Source: an uncultured virus (IMG/VR IMGVR_UViG_3300034279_001265) (Duplodnaviria; Heunggongvirae; Uroviricota; Caudoviricetes). From it: a stretch of DNA of 20,000 nucleotides. The notes beneath the pieces are model-generated. The model was not told the DNA's origin, searched no databases, and saw nothing but the letters and a program-made list of their open reading frames with translations. The position numbers and the translations under genes were made by a program. Location of the stretch: IMG/VR virus record IMGVR_UViG_3300034279_001265; one strand, written 5' to 3'. Positions 1 through 10,080 of the stretch are shown in pieces (position 1 is the first letter of the stretch; each line of letters starts with the position of its first letter).

Positions 1-831
1 AGTCAAAGTTCCAGAGTCATAAGCCTTCTTGATGTATTCTTTACCCATCTTAGACACCATTGCGTCAATGTTGTTCAAAGAAGGATCTTTAGCAATGTTG
101 GAATCAAAAGAACGCCAGATTTCAGTAACAGGTACTGTACCATCAGCATTCATACCGCCTTTCATCATCAACTCAGCACGGCTAGAAACAGAGTAATGAA
201 CGTGAGCTTCTGCGCCACCTACAAAGTTGTAGAACTCGCGGAAGCCAGCACTCAGTTCTCCGATGTCAGAGAAACGCTCTCCGTATTCTCCACGGGCAGA
301 ACCCTTGCGGAAGAACTTGGTACCAGGCTTAAGGTAGACTTTGCTCAAAGTCTTTTGGTTGTCGTTGTTCACCAACTGAACAGTGTATACGAAACCGTCA
401 CCAGAAGGAAGAATATCCTCAGCGGTAATGTAAAGTTCAGCGCCTTTGTATTTGTCGTAGGTGATGATGTCACCATGACCGAAGCTGCGCTTGTTCAATT
501 TGATCTTGAAGGTTGTACCATCTTGACCAAGATTTGTCAAACTAGGCTCCACATCCTCTACAACGTAGGGAAGGTCCTGAACAATTGGGGTTTGCCACTT
601 GTATTCACCGCGAGGGTTGTCTACAGTGATGGTGTTCTTGCCACCGAAAGATGCCATCTGGTAAAGAGGCATTTCTACCTTTTGGGTCATAGCCCAAAGA
701 TCAACAGGACCCAAGTCCATGGGTTCTGCGCTCTTCAGCATATTTACCAAGTGGTAGCTGTCCACGTGCGAACTAACCTTGTAGCTAGTGTCGCGCAGGA
801 AGAGACCGTTGTTTAAAACTGGTGTGCTCAT
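1..831 (-). CDS. Major capsid protein, crAss-like (N-terminal 277 codons; continues beyond the left edge)
   Basis: Manual translation from ATG at 831: MSTPVLNNGLFLRDTSYKVSSHVDSYHLVNMLKSAEPMDLGPVDLWAMTQKVEMPLYQMASFGGKNTITVDNPRGEYKWQTP...LGQDGTTFKIKLNKRSFGHGDIITYDKY..., open to base 1. Strongly biased codon use, AT-rich leader, and position directly after portal and scaffold match the crAss-like capsid module. Confidence 0.85.
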   Translation of the reverse strand, partial: MSTPVLNNGLFLRDTSYKVSSHVDSYHLVNMLKSAEPMDLGPVDLWAMTQKVEMPLYQMASFGGKNTITVDNPRGEYKWQTPIVQDLPYVVEDVEPSLTNLGQDGTTFKIKLNKRSFGHGDIITYDKYKGAELYITAEDILPSGDGFVYTVQLVNNDNQKTLSKVYLKPGTKFFRKGSARGEYGERFSDIGELSAGFREFYNFVGGAEAHVHYSVSSRAELMMKGGMNADGTVPVTEIWRSFDSNIAKDPSLNNIDAMVSKMGKEYIKKAYDSGTLT

Positions 832-878
832 AGGATTTTGTTGTTAAAAAGTGAATTTAAAGGGTTAAGTTATATGGA

Positions 879-2123
879 TTAGCGTTTGAAAATGTTTGCA
901 GCAGGTCGCGGAATTTTCCTTGTAGGAGTTTTGTCTTCTTCCTCTTCGCTGACATTAGACGCAATTTTGCGTCCTTCTTCAGTTTTTAGTTTTCTGACAG
1001 TTTCCTGTGTTACCTCGTTTTTAGCTTGCTTTCTGATACTTTCTTTGTAATCATCAGGATCAGATAGCAACCACAGAGTTTCAGCAATAAGATCATAGCG
1101 GGGGGTTTTTCCAAATTGGTGGTCTTCCAAAAGCTTGCCCAACAAGTTTGTTGGACGTCCTGTCATACTCTGGTACTTTGCTGTTGTAAGTTCCTCCCAG
1201 AGAAACTTCTGACGCTTAGCGTCCAGCTTAATACCGTTGACTTCAGCAGGTTTTAAGGTGTTGTAAATGTTTTCCATGTACTCTTCCTTCTTGCGCTGCT
1301 GCTCCTGACGGAACTGCTCTTGTTGCTGAAGTTTGGATTGAATCACTTCTTCTTGCATAGCATCAAGCTTTGGCTTAAACTGCTGTGCTTTTTTAGCAAT
1401 GATTCCTGAATCCAACCACTCTTGGACTTGTTCTTCCATCAATTCTGCGTCACCATTTCCAAAACCGGTTGCTTGTAAATACTGTCTTACAATAACCTCC
1501 TGGTGTTCAGGTGTCGCAGGGTTAAGTTCACGCACTTCCTCAGTCTGAGCAAGTGCCCTAAATAACCCCTTGATGTCAGTGCCGCCCTTTGCTACATATT
1601 CTGCAGCATACTGCAACTCTTGAGGTAACGATTCAAAGAACTCCTTTGGAGTTTGTTCTCTGAGAGATTTCTCCCTTTCTTCCAGATTAGCAGAGATTAG
1701 CTCCTTCCAATCTTTTACAGAGTACTCATCCAGTGGTTTTTCATCATCAAAAGGAACCAGGACACCATCTTCAAAAAGTTTAGAAAATGTTTCTACCAGT
1801 CCGCTTTTGTCAATCTTTTTTCGACCAGGTTTCTGTTTTGAACCAGGAACCTCATCGTCATCTTCTAGATCTGCATCTAACTCTGCAATAGCCGCTTGAG
1901 TTGTTGCTGCACTAGGTGTTTTTTCTTTACCATCTTCGTTTCCATCACCTTCTTCTTCAAGAAAATTAAGATCTGCTGGAATATCTTTGGTAAAGAATCT
2001 TGGTTTTAAACTTTCGTCATTATCTGCTGTCACAACGCTTTCAGCCCCAGGCATTGGTAAAAAATCATCAAGGCTTTCAAGACTTACGCTGGATACAGAT
2101 GTTTGTTGGTTGTTACTGTCCAT
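879..2123 (-). CDS. Putative capsid scaffolding / head-assembly protein
   Basis: 414 aa, acidic low-complexity N-terminus, Q/E/K-rich coiled coil, located between portal and major capsid genes. Confidence 0.6.
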   Translation of the reverse strand: MDSNNQQTSVSSVSLESLDDFLPMPGAESVVTADNDESLKPRFFTKDIPADLNFLEEEGDGNEDGKEKTPSAATTQAAIAELDADLEDDDEVPGSKQKPGRKKIDKSGLVETFSKLFEDGVLVPFDDEKPLDEYSVKDWKELISANLEEREKSLREQTPKEFFESLPQELQYAAEYVAKGGTDIKGLFRALAQTEEVRELNPATPEHQEVIVRQYLQATGFGNGDAELMEEQVQEWLDSGIIAKKAQQFKPKLDAMQEEVIQSKLQQQEQFRQEQQRKKEEYMENIYNTLKPAEVNGIKLDAKRQKFLWEELTTAKYQSMTGRPTNLLGKLLEDHQFGKTPRYDLIAETLWLLSDPDDYKESIRKQAKNEVTQETVRKLKTEEGRKIASNVSEEEEDKTPTRKIPRPAANIFKR

Positions 2124-2242
2124 AAATAGGTTTAAGTTGGTTGTTTTTGTTCTTCATATATAATCTACCGAATAAACCTCTAAGATTTACACCTAGTAGA
2201 TGTATGATAAAAAATATTTTACACTATAATGCTATAGTACTT

Positions 2243-4969
2243 TTATTTTTTGTCATATTTGTTTTTGTTGGTTTGCGCAACTTGTAATTGTTTATCAGCA
2301 ATGCGCTCTTTAGAAAGCAATTCTTGACGTTTGAGTTCTATCTTTTTCTGTTCTGTAATAGTCCGATTTAACTCACGATCTCTTGCAATAGACTGATCAG
2401 CTTCTTTTGCATTTTTCTTGTCAAGATACTCTAAAGTGTCAATGTAGTCATTTTGCTGATTCATGTCACGATCGTTCATTGCTGTGTAACCGGCAGCTCT
2501 GATCTCAGCAACGCGCTCTTGACTTTCACGATTCAATGCATTTTGCTCTGCTTCAAAACGCAACTTAGCTTCAAGACGCTCTGTTTCAGCTTGTTGACGC
2601 ATTTGTTCTGTTTGCTGCAAGGCTTCAGTTTCCTGGGTCTTAGCTTTGGTAGTTTTTTCTTCAATGCCTTTCATGACATGCGTAATCTCTGCCATTGAGT
2701 CTGCTTTGACAATGTTACCAAGATCATAAATAGAAGCACCGGATGTGTTGTTGTTAATTGCCAAAGAACGAATCTGTTCCATAATTTGGCGTTGATTAAC
2801 CTTTGTAGAAATAAAGATATTCAGATCACGCGCCAATAATTCAGTACCATTCATCTCAAAGTTTACTTTTTCATCCATAGATGTTACGTATTGCAAACGT
2901 AAAGAGGGACGATTAGAATGGTAGTATTGAGAAAGATCTGTACGCATCTGATGCACACGCGGCATCAAATACTCTGAATGTTGAGTAAAGTAAGTTTCTG
3001 TTTGAGAGTAACTCATATTGATAGCCTGCTCAATACCCTGTGCAGTTTCTTGAGCATTTACAGCACCTAAACGCTGTGGTGATATACCAATAGACTCAAA
3101 ACACTGATTCTTAAAATAGTTGGCAAGTTGAATGCGACTCAAAAGACGATTTGTTTGCTCAAGATTCAATACTTGATAATGCTGAAAGTTTAATGCATTT
3201 TCTGTATTGGTAATAGATGTATCCAAGGGCAACATCTGAAAGTTCTTCATAGCCACATACGCCTTACCGTAGTTGTTTTTGCCCCAATCCTCCCCCATTG
3301 AGTGACGTGGCAGAGCATTCTGATCCAGCATGATTACTGTACCCAACTCGTCAATCAGAATGTCAGCAATCTGGTTATTAACCAGGTTGTAACCAATCTG
3401 ATATGGTTTCGTCTTGTCTACCAAAGACATGGACTTTGTATTGCGTTCTGTAAATACAGCACCTTCTACCGGCAACTTACAACCATACAAGGTAAAATCA
3501 CCCTTAAACTGAAAACGTAAAGGCTTTACATTCAGATAAAGTGGTTGAAATCCAAAAGTGTCATTATTGCCAAAGAATGCAGGTCTATTGGGACCAATCT
3601 TAGTACCTCCCCAAACCTCATTAATCCATATCCATTCAATATGTTCGCCATATACAAGATTTTCTTTACTTTTTCTTTTAAGTACTGAAGTATCATGAAG
3701 AGGTTTGTTTGTGATTTTATAATTTTCATCTACAATCATTTCAATCATCTCCCCATCCTCCTTAATTTTTGTCAGATAACCGACCATGCGTTGGCTCTTC
3801 CAGTAGCAAGTAGTAACCCTGAGAAGACTGATATCTTGAAAATCCTGAATACTTTCAGATTCGTTGACAATCTTCATGATGATATCATCACCTGTATTCA
3901 TAAATACATCACGTGCACTTAAAAACTGACGCATACCCAAAGAAGGACCCTGGGTATTCCATTCGTGTGAACGCGTAGCATCATAGAAAGAACCGTCATT
4001 CTGCAATCCTGGTATCAGATAACCTGCTGAATGCACTGGATAAATAGCTTCCAATGAAGCAAGTTGATCATCTGTCATCATGTATCCGTACTTGTCAATG
4101 ACATCTGAAATCGTCATAAGATCCACGCGACCTACCCAGTTAGACTGAGAAATATATCTTGCTTCAGGAGATTTATGATAAAAGGTTAGTACAGGATTCC
4201 AAAGCTCTACATCATAATCGTCCTCATTCATCTTAAAGTGCCAAAATTCCCTGTCAGAAATGAGCATGTCACGAAATGCAATATTTTCCAACTCTTTAAT
4301 TGCAAAACGCTCCTCATCAACATGATGCTGGTGATTAGCCCACTCTTCAACCATAGATCGGTAGTTCTTGCGAAAGAACCCTTCAATTTCTGGCAAACTC
4401 TTAAGACTTTCAGGTGCCATCATTTCTTGAGCTTGAGCAGCTTGCTCTTCATCCTCAAGATTCAGACCCATTGACTCAATGGTGGCCATCATTTTTTTCT
4501 CTGCTTCAGCGACCAATACCTGTTCTATCATTACTCTTTTTGCTTCCATCATCTCATTATAAGAGATGTCATCTACAGAACGATAGGTTATTTTGTCGTT
4601 ACGCTTAGCAAACTCCCCACACATTACGTTAATGATGTTGGGTATAATCGGAAAAAACTTCAATTCAAAAGCTGATTCATCCTGCTTAGTCAGAACATCA
4701 ATCAACTCTGCAACCTCGTTATCCTCTTCAATAATGTAGTCTGTTTTGTCAATAATGCCATTTGCAAGCTTATAGTTCTTCAAAAGTTTGCGCGCGTTTC
4801 TGCGGATTTGCTTAAGACCCTGCATTTCCAACCAGTCTATATTCCACGCGCCCCATGCTTCGTCTTTGTCTGTTCTGTTCAAAAACTGCACAGGTTGGGT
4901 TAAGGTGCCCATTCTGGTGTTGTCCACCTTGGCTCCGTTTTTGAGTTGTAATGCGTTAACTATTTTCAT
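2243..4969 (-). CDS. Portal protein (crAss-like)
   Basis: 908 aa immediately downstream of TerL; FFPIIPNIINVMCGEFAKR, FRDMLISDREFWH and GISPQRLG segments and a long C-terminal coiled coil resemble crAss-like portals. Confidence 0.85.
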   Translation of the reverse strand: MKIVNALQLKNGAKVDNTRMGTLTQPVQFLNRTDKDEAWGAWNIDWLEMQGLKQIRRNARKLLKNYKLANGIIDKTDYIIEEDNEVAELIDVLTKQDESAFELKFFPIIPNIINVMCGEFAKRNDKITYRSVDDISYNEMMEAKRVMIEQVLVAEAEKKMMATIESMGLNLEDEEQAAQAQEMMAPESLKSLPEIEGFFRKNYRSMVEEWANHQHHVDEERFAIKELENIAFRDMLISDREFWHFKMNEDDYDVELWNPVLTFYHKSPEARYISQSNWVGRVDLMTISDVIDKYGYMMTDDQLASLEAIYPVHSAGYLIPGLQNDGSFYDATRSHEWNTQGPSLGMRQFLSARDVFMNTGDDIIMKIVNESESIQDFQDISLLRVTTCYWKSQRMVGYLTKIKEDGEMIEMIVDENYKITNKPLHDTSVLKRKSKENLVYGEHIEWIWINEVWGGTKIGPNRPAFFGNNDTFGFQPLYLNVKPLRFQFKGDFTLYGCKLPVEGAVFTERNTKSMSLVDKTKPYQIGYNLVNNQIADILIDELGTVIMLDQNALPRHSMGEDWGKNNYGKAYVAMKNFQMLPLDTSITNTENALNFQHYQVLNLEQTNRLLSRIQLANYFKNQCFESIGISPQRLGAVNAQETAQGIEQAINMSYSQTETYFTQHSEYLMPRVHQMRTDLSQYYHSNRPSLRLQYVTSMDEKVNFEMNGTELLARDLNIFISTKVNQRQIMEQIRSLAINNNTSGASIYDLGNIVKADSMAEITHVMKGIEEKTTKAKTQETEALQQTEQMRQQAETERLEAKLRFEAEQNALNRESQERVAEIRAAGYTAMNDRDMNQQNDYIDTLEYLDKKNAKEADQSIARDRELNRTITEQKKIELKRQELLSKERIADKQLQVAQTNKNKYDKK

Positions 4970-5034
4970 TTGTGTTTTTTGTCAAGGCGTATATGTCTGT
5001 ACACGTAAGGCATCGTTAGTTCTTAGTGTTAGTG

Positions 5035-7233
5035 TTACCTCATGTTCTTGAAAGGGTTTCTGGGAACTTTGACCATGGTGGAGGAGCTGTTTGCGTTTCC
5101 CATGTGCCGGAAAGGGGTCACTCTTAATTTACTGATTTTTTTAGAGTTCTCCAAATTGCTGTCTTCATGTTCTACACGCTTGGAATAGCCCCTGTTAGAC
5201 TCCTGCACCTTGGCAAAAGCTACCAGGGCACAGAACGCTACCAGTCTGTCCACGTTCAGTCCATCTCTGTAAGCAGCCATTTCCTTTAGGAGCATGATGT
5301 CAGGGATGCGCTCAATGCCATAAGTTGTCCTGACTATTTCTCCATCAGGTTTCGTTTCAACATCCAACTGTTCTTCCAGGAACTGAATGGCGTAGGAAAT
5401 AAGGTTGGTTTTAAAAATCGTTCCCACATTGCGCCAGCCATATTCCTGGAAGACATTGGTGTTACTTTGAAGCTCTTTGAGAAAGAGAATCTGATTCTTT
5501 GGCACTAAATAACGTTGTTTACGCTTAGAAATCATATACTGAATAAACAAACTAACGTTGTTTTCTACAACCGTCCACGCGTTGTAATACTCAATAAGCA
5601 TTTCTAAACGCTCATGGGTTTTATTAAGGTCATCAAAACGACCGCACCAAGTAGCAACTATTCCGTCACGTTCAATGTGCTGTTCAATGGTACTATCCAT
5701 CTTGTGCTTGGTGATTTCTTGTGCAGTCTTATAGACATAGATAGAACATAATGACTCAGAAGTTGTGGTTTTACCTTCTGATACAGGGTCAATAGACGCA
5801 TAATACATGCCAAATGTTGGATCCTTCACAGGACGCTCGTACACTATAATGACACCTTCTTTATCAACTGTTTTTGGAGATATAGGAAATTCTGAAATAG
5901 GTAACTTGCGAGATTCTTTTGTGTTGATTTTCCCGTTGTCATCTCTATACAACTCTACAAACTCCCTGTGGTAATCACCATCTTCAATGCGTCTAATCTG
6001 TTTACTGACAAGTGCCAATGGAAACTTGGATACTTTGCGATATGCAAAAGCCTCCTCAATGTTAATTGGTTTCTGAGAAATTCTTAATTGATAATCCTCA
6101 GGTTTGAGTTTCTTTTTCCAATCCAGTCTTTCAGCAAGAATCATCTCCAAAGCTTTTTCTACCTGGGAGTTTCCATACTCATCAATGCAAGGCTGCATGC
6201 TCCACTGCTCAGGGATAAACAACCCACACTTGGCGATTTCACCGGATTCATTAACCAGGTTAGTATCTACTGCCAATACATCTTTAGAGTCTGGGTTTAA
6301 GATCAATTCTTTTAGAGGTTCACACTGCTCTAAGTCACCCACGGAACCTGCTGCAACAAACATACCTGTATAGATCATACCTGATTTCATCGCAGGTAGC
6401 AAATACTCTAAAGTCTCATTCATGCGTGGAGCAATACCTGCCTCTTCATGAAAGAATAAAGTACAGGGACCACCAACACCATTATTGGGATCTTTCTCTA
6501 AAGCAAGACCAAAGATTACTGATTTCAGACCCACATCACGCTTTTTACCCCCTTGGTTCACCTCAATTTTTTGTTCCCAGTTAAGTATCTTATCAGGGTT
6601 AGAAGGACGATACCAACCGGTGTGGCTGTTCAAGAAGTTGCGGTACTCTTCCAAAAACCTCCAGGTTCCTTTCTCGTTAATATAGTCTTTTAGAGAACCT
6701 GCCATCTTGCTAACAGCACCTTCTTCAAACCAGTACAGATTGATGATCTTGGCAGCATGAAAGTAAGAAGAGGCGATCTGTCTTTTCTTTAAGATTCCAC
6801 AATGTTTGTAACTGTGCTTGGCAATGTCTTCATATAGGGCCATGTGGTACTGCGCGTCACGCACGTCAGCAAATGTGAACTTGCCCACCTCTTTGTTGTA
6901 GATAGGCAGAAAGTTCAGCCACATGTAGTAATCCCTGGTTAGATACCAGGTACTACGAAGTCCTTGGATAATTACCCCATTGCGGCAGCGTTCCTTCTGG
7001 GTATCCCAGTAGTAGATGAAGTCTTTGCTGCGATTAGGCGCTGTGCAGTATACTTTATACTTGTTAAACAGCGTTGCCTGCTCGTTAAACTTTTCACAAC
7101 TCTTGTCAAAGTTGTACTGACCGGGTTCTTTTAACATGCTCCACAAAAACTCTACAAACGCTTCCCTGGACGCAAACTCAGTATGCGACCAGGTGTCTGT
7201 AGCAGTAGTGTATGTAGGAACCTTAATGTACAT
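5035..7233 (-). CDS. terL: Terminase large subunit
   Basis: 732 aa; Walker A-like LKKRQIASS, Walker B FFHEEAG, coupling motif AGSVG, RNase H-like nuclease motif YASIDPVSEG, C-terminal NVDRLVA aspartate. Confidence 0.92.
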   Translation of the reverse strand: MYIKVPTYTTATDTWSHTEFASREAFVEFLWSMLKEPGQYNFDKSCEKFNEQATLFNKYKVYCTAPNRSKDFIYYWDTQKERCRNGVIIQGLRSTWYLTRDYYMWLNFLPIYNKEVGKFTFADVRDAQYHMALYEDIAKHSYKHCGILKKRQIASSYFHAAKIINLYWFEEGAVSKMAGSLKDYINEKGTWRFLEEYRNFLNSHTGWYRPSNPDKILNWEQKIEVNQGGKKRDVGLKSVIFGLALEKDPNNGVGGPCTLFFHEEAGIAPRMNETLEYLLPAMKSGMIYTGMFVAAGSVGDLEQCEPLKELILNPDSKDVLAVDTNLVNESGEIAKCGLFIPEQWSMQPCIDEYGNSQVEKALEMILAERLDWKKKLKPEDYQLRISQKPINIEEAFAYRKVSKFPLALVSKQIRRIEDGDYHREFVELYRDDNGKINTKESRKLPISEFPISPKTVDKEGVIIVYERPVKDPTFGMYYASIDPVSEGKTTTSESLCSIYVYKTAQEITKHKMDSTIEQHIERDGIVATWCGRFDDLNKTHERLEMLIEYYNAWTVVENNVSLFIQYMISKRKQRYLVPKNQILFLKELQSNTNVFQEYGWRNVGTIFKTNLISYAIQFLEEQLDVETKPDGEIVRTTYGIERIPDIMLLKEMAAYRDGLNVDRLVAFCALVAFAKVQESNRGYSKRVEHEDSNLENSKKISKLRVTPFRHMGNANSSSTMVKVPRNPFKNMR

Positions 7234-7448
7234 TATTTGTCAGGAGAAAAACTCATAAGTAATGTAGGATTACCATTGCTTTTAACAAGATGTTTTATGA
7301 GAACTTTTATGTTTTTATGTTTAAAGACAGGATGTGCTGATTTTTCAGCATTAAAATACGCTTTATGATCATCGCGATGATAAGCTGCCCATTGATTAGT
7401 AAAATGGTTGTAATGAAACACCCATTCATAAAGAGTTTCTTTACTCAT
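7233..7448 (-). CDS. Small hypothetical protein (71 aa)
   Basis: More likely start is ATG at 7448 (MSKETLYEWVFHYNHFTNQWAAY...) after an AT-rich leader; its TAA overlaps the TerL ATG (translational coupling). Confidence 0.7.
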   Translation of the reverse strand: MSKETLYEWVFHYNHFTNQWAAYHRDDHKAYFNAEKSAHPVFKHKNIKVLIKHLVKSNGNPTLLMSFSPDK

Positions 7449-7467
7449 AATTGTTTGATTTTTTAGT

Positions 7468-7983
7468 TTAACTCTGATCGTAAGCAATATGTTGCCCCCC
7501 TCTTACCTGAGACTTTTGTTCTTCCATCAAATCCTTGTACGCGCCTTTAAAGGAAATGCGTATCTGTTCAAACTTTGCGGCAGCGTTTACTAAAGAGTTT
7601 ATGTTACCATCACGCCCATGTTCAATAGGGGTATTTTCCATGTAGCGTGCTAACCGGTCAAGCATGTGCTTGATTCCCATAAATGCTCTATAGGTAGGAG
7701 TTTCATAAAGTTTTTTACAAAACTCAAGAGCGGCAACAATCAAGTCATCTTCTGTAGAAAACTCAGCACTCAACTGTGAAAATATAAGTTCTTCTTTTTC
7801 GTTTTCTGGAACATCAAAAAAAGGATTAATATCAGGATTTGGACAGGTCATGTAAAACAAGTAAGCGTACACATCCATGTATTCTTCAGGGTAATCTTTC
7901 ATAATCTGCTTAAGCACATTAAGTGTAAAACAGTGCTCAGTAGGAACTATCCTGCCGTTTTCAACATCAAACAGTTTTATCAT
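7468..7983 (-). CDS. Conserved crAss-like hypothetical protein upstream of TerL (candidate terminase small subunit)
   Basis: 171 aa, helical, operon-packed two genes upstream of terL; TerS role inferred from position only. Confidence 0.55.
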   Translation of the reverse strand: MIKLFDVENGRIVPTEHCFTLNVLKQIMKDYPEEYMDVYAYLFYMTCPNPDINPFFDVPENEKEELIFSQLSAEFSTEDDLIVAALEFCKKLYETPTYRAFMGIKHMLDRLARYMENTPIEHGRDGNINSLVNAAAKFEQIRISFKGAYKDLMEEQKSQVRGGQHIAYDQS

Positions 7984-7986
7984 GTC

Positions 7987-8829
7987 TTATTTCTTTTTTT
8001 GAATTGCTCCAGGGTTTTCTTTATACCAGGTAAGAATAGCAATCACTTCATCTTTCAAATATGGCAGCTCATACGGAATAATCTCTTTAATAATAAAGTT
8101 TCCATCTGCATCCTGTTTTAAAATAGGATAACCATACTCATCTTTGCTTTCTTCTTCTTCAAACAAAATGTGATGTATAATTAGTTTTCCTGGCTTAAGT
8201 TTAGGGTTATGCTTAAGAATAATATACATGTAAATAGAAAGCTGCAAATTGTAGTGATTTAAGTTGCAGTCATCAAGATGACTTACTGGTGGAAACATCT
8301 TTTGAGAAATTCCTTCCCAGTTTTTAAAACTTTCTGTTTTGATTTCTTTATTAGTCTTGTAGTCTGTGATGTGAACTTCTCCATTAGCTACTTCTGCTAA
8401 ATCTATTTGACCACAGATTCCCGCTGATCTCATATACACCATGTGCTCAGGATAAATTCCTTCTATAAGTTTTTGAGAAGGAGCAACCTTTAAACCATGC
8501 TCGTCTTTCATAGATTTAATGACCGGCAGTTCTGCATTATACCTGACTATCGTGTTACAACCAAGTATGTCTTTCTCGCGTTGATCATGGTACCAATTAC
8601 CAAGATTGCAAGCGCGTTCTGACTCTTTTTTCCAAATTGCTTGGATTTGTTCAGGAGTAAGTCCAAACCATTTGCTTTTCTTGTTTGCAGCACTTTTTTT
8701 AGCAATACCCTTACCATCAAAGGGTTGCTTTAAAATACTAAGCAAAGTGGTTACTGAAATCCATTTGGTTTTATCCTCAGGATCCACAGAGGTGTAAGTG
8801 TGAGTAGAAGGTTCAAAATATATGCCCAT
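7987..8829 (-). CDS. PD-(D/E)xK family nuclease
   Basis: Motifs SVTTLL, E-x9-GQIDL, ITDYKTNK and HYNLQLSIY are typical of RecB/Cas4/lambda-exonuclease-like nucleases. Confidence 0.85.
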   Translation of the reverse strand: MGIYFEPSTHTYTSVDPEDKTKWISVTTLLSILKQPFDGKGIAKKSAANKKSKWFGLTPEQIQAIWKKESERACNLGNWYHDQREKDILGCNTIVRYNAELPVIKSMKDEHGLKVAPSQKLIEGIYPEHMVYMRSAGICGQIDLAEVANGEVHITDYKTNKEIKTESFKNWEGISQKMFPPVSHLDDCNLNHYNLQLSIYMYIILKHNPKLKPGKLIIHHILFEEEESKDEYGYPILKQDADGNFIIKEIIPYELPYLKDEVIAILTWYKENPGAIQKKK

Positions 8830-8834
8830 AAGTT

Positions 8835-9143
8835 TTATTGGTTTTCAATGCTTTTCTTTACAGCATCCTCTTCATCTTGACTAAGAATCGCGTCCCAATA
8901 ACCCTCAGGGCAGGAAGACGCAAGAGAACGCAGCTTAAACTTTAAAGAACAACCGCACTGAGGGCAACACGGATGAGTGCCTGGAACAATGCAGTTTTTA
9001 TCTCCTTTTGATTGCATGAACGGACAACTTTCACATATCGCCATCCGATGATCATGAATCTCCTCAACGTGTTCTTTTTTAAAAACACTATTAGTGACTC
9101 CTTCAAGAATCTTATTACGCTCCTTCCACAGTTTGATTAGCAT
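8835..9143 (-). CDS. Cys-rich zinc-binding protein
   Basis: RMAICESCP...C...CCPQCGCSL..K.RSLASSCPEGYW pattern. Confidence 0.7.
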   Translation of the reverse strand: MLIKLWKERNKILEGVTNSVFKKEHVEEIHDHRMAICESCPFMQSKGDKNCIVPGTHPCCPQCGCSLKFKLRSLASSCPEGYWDAILSQDEEDAVKKSIENQ

Positions 9144-9510
9144 GGTGTTTTTCTTTTAAGGTTTGTACTTTAAGTTTTCTTTCTTCTTCTTGATTCATCC
9201 TTTCTAAAACAGCTTCATACTTTTCAATCTCTCTCTTGACATCTTGCTTAATCTCAAAAGCTTTAATAGAAGAAGTCTCATCAAGACCCTCCATAAAGTT
9301 TCTGTGACGGTCAATTTTCTTTTGAACCCTTTTCTTCTTAAGCATAAAAGTCCCTAAATTAGGGACATTTACAGCAATGTTTTCAACACTGCTTAAACGT
9401 TTTTGTACATATCTGTAAAAAAACGCAACAATATCGTCAACCTCCTGGAACTCTCTGCCAAGTTTCTTGGCTGTAAGAAGAGATAACTCTTTACGCTTTA
9501 TTGGATTCAA
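9115..9510 (-). CDS. IHF/HU-like DNA-binding protein
   Basis: Helix-turn-helix (KRKELSLLTAKKLGREFQEVDDIVAFF) followed by VNVPNLGTFMLK, resembling the HU/IHF V.I.GFGTF.V strand; IHF-like genes are typical near crAss-like packaging genes. Confidence 0.65.
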   Translation of the reverse strand: MNPIKRKELSLLTAKKLGREFQEVDDIVAFFYRYVQKRLSSVENIAVNVPNLGTFMLKKKRVQKKIDRHRNFMEGLDETSSIKAFEIKQDVKREIEKYEAVLERMNQEEERKLKVQTLKEKHHANQTVEGA

Positions 9511-9886
9511 TGGATAAAAAATTATAGTCTAAAAGAATGTTTCCTTTGCGATAAATATCAATGGTAGGTGTAATCTGTATCAGCTTCTTGTTGTCTTTGC
9601 TCTTTACCACAATCTTACGCTTTTCAAGTTTGGAAATGCGATTGCGTATGTTTTGTGCACGAACAGAAAACTCCTCAAGCTCTACTGCTCCATAAAGCTT
9701 TCTTGCAGCAGCATTACAAAACTTACTTAACTCAACCGGTCCCCAAAGAGCAAGCATTGTCAGAATCTCTATGTCTGACGGAATAAGGTGCTCTTTCTTA
9801 AAAAAGATCAAATTTGTAATGACCTGATATTTAACAAGGTCGTAAGGTGTGACCCTGATTTTTTTTTGAACTTTGTTTACTTCCAT
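9491..9886 (-). CDS. Hypothetical protein, possible winged HTH
   Basis: Likely start ATG 9886 (MEVNKVQKK) after TTAAAAACC; LIPSDIEILTMLA...AQNIRNRISKLEKRKIV resembles a wHTH. Confidence 0.6.
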   Translation of the reverse strand: MEVNKVQKKIRVTPYDLVKYQVITNLIFFKKEHLIPSDIEILTMLALWGPVELSKFCNAAARKLYGAVELEEFSVRAQNIRNRISKLEKRKIVVKSKDNKKLIQITPTIDIYRKGNILLDYNFLSIESNKA

Positions 9887-9901
9887 GGTTTTTAAAATTA
9901 G

Positions 9902-10027
9902 ATACCATACACCCAGGATTTTCACCTGAACACTCCTTAGCTTAGCAACACCCTTGCGAGAGTGTGAGCTGCAGTTCCACCATACTGCTAGGATATGCTT
10001 TTTTACGCTTACATCAGTGTCAGGTAC
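9902..10027 (-). ncRNA. tRNA-shaped structured RNA with enlarged, branched anticodon-domain equivalent
   Basis: Minus strand folds by eye as: closing stem GUACC..ACAC/GUGU..GGUAU, UG linker, 4-bp D-like arm AUGU/GCAU, UCCUAGC/GCUAAGGA stem enclosing two hairpins, 4-nt variable segment, T-like arm UCAGG-UGAAAAU-CCUGG. Confidence 0.45.
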
Positions 10028-10045
10028 AAGTATTTATGTTTTAAG

Positions 10046-10077
10046 ATGTCCAGTTTATTAGTAAAAAAACTGGACAT
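10046..10077. other. Perfect 11-bp hairpin between the two tRNA-like RNAs (processing or termination signal?)
   Basis: ATGTCCAGTTT (10046-10056) / AAACTGGACAT (10067-10077); no clear U-tract on either side. Confidence 0.45.
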
Positions 10078-10080
10078 TAG

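Noticed and set aside
196..816. 206-aa plus-strand ORF in the track
   Set aside because: Antisense shadow of the major capsid gene, caused by its biased codon usage; no protein-like motifs.
2124..2242. Possible late promoter between portal and scaffold genes
   Set aside because: AT-rich with TAGATTATATATG on the minus strand, but no TAnnTTTG match and no second copy in the window to support a motif.
2453..7368. Many short ORFs overlapping portal and terL
   Set aside because: Opposite-strand or alternate-frame shadows of long conserved genes, with no independent signals.
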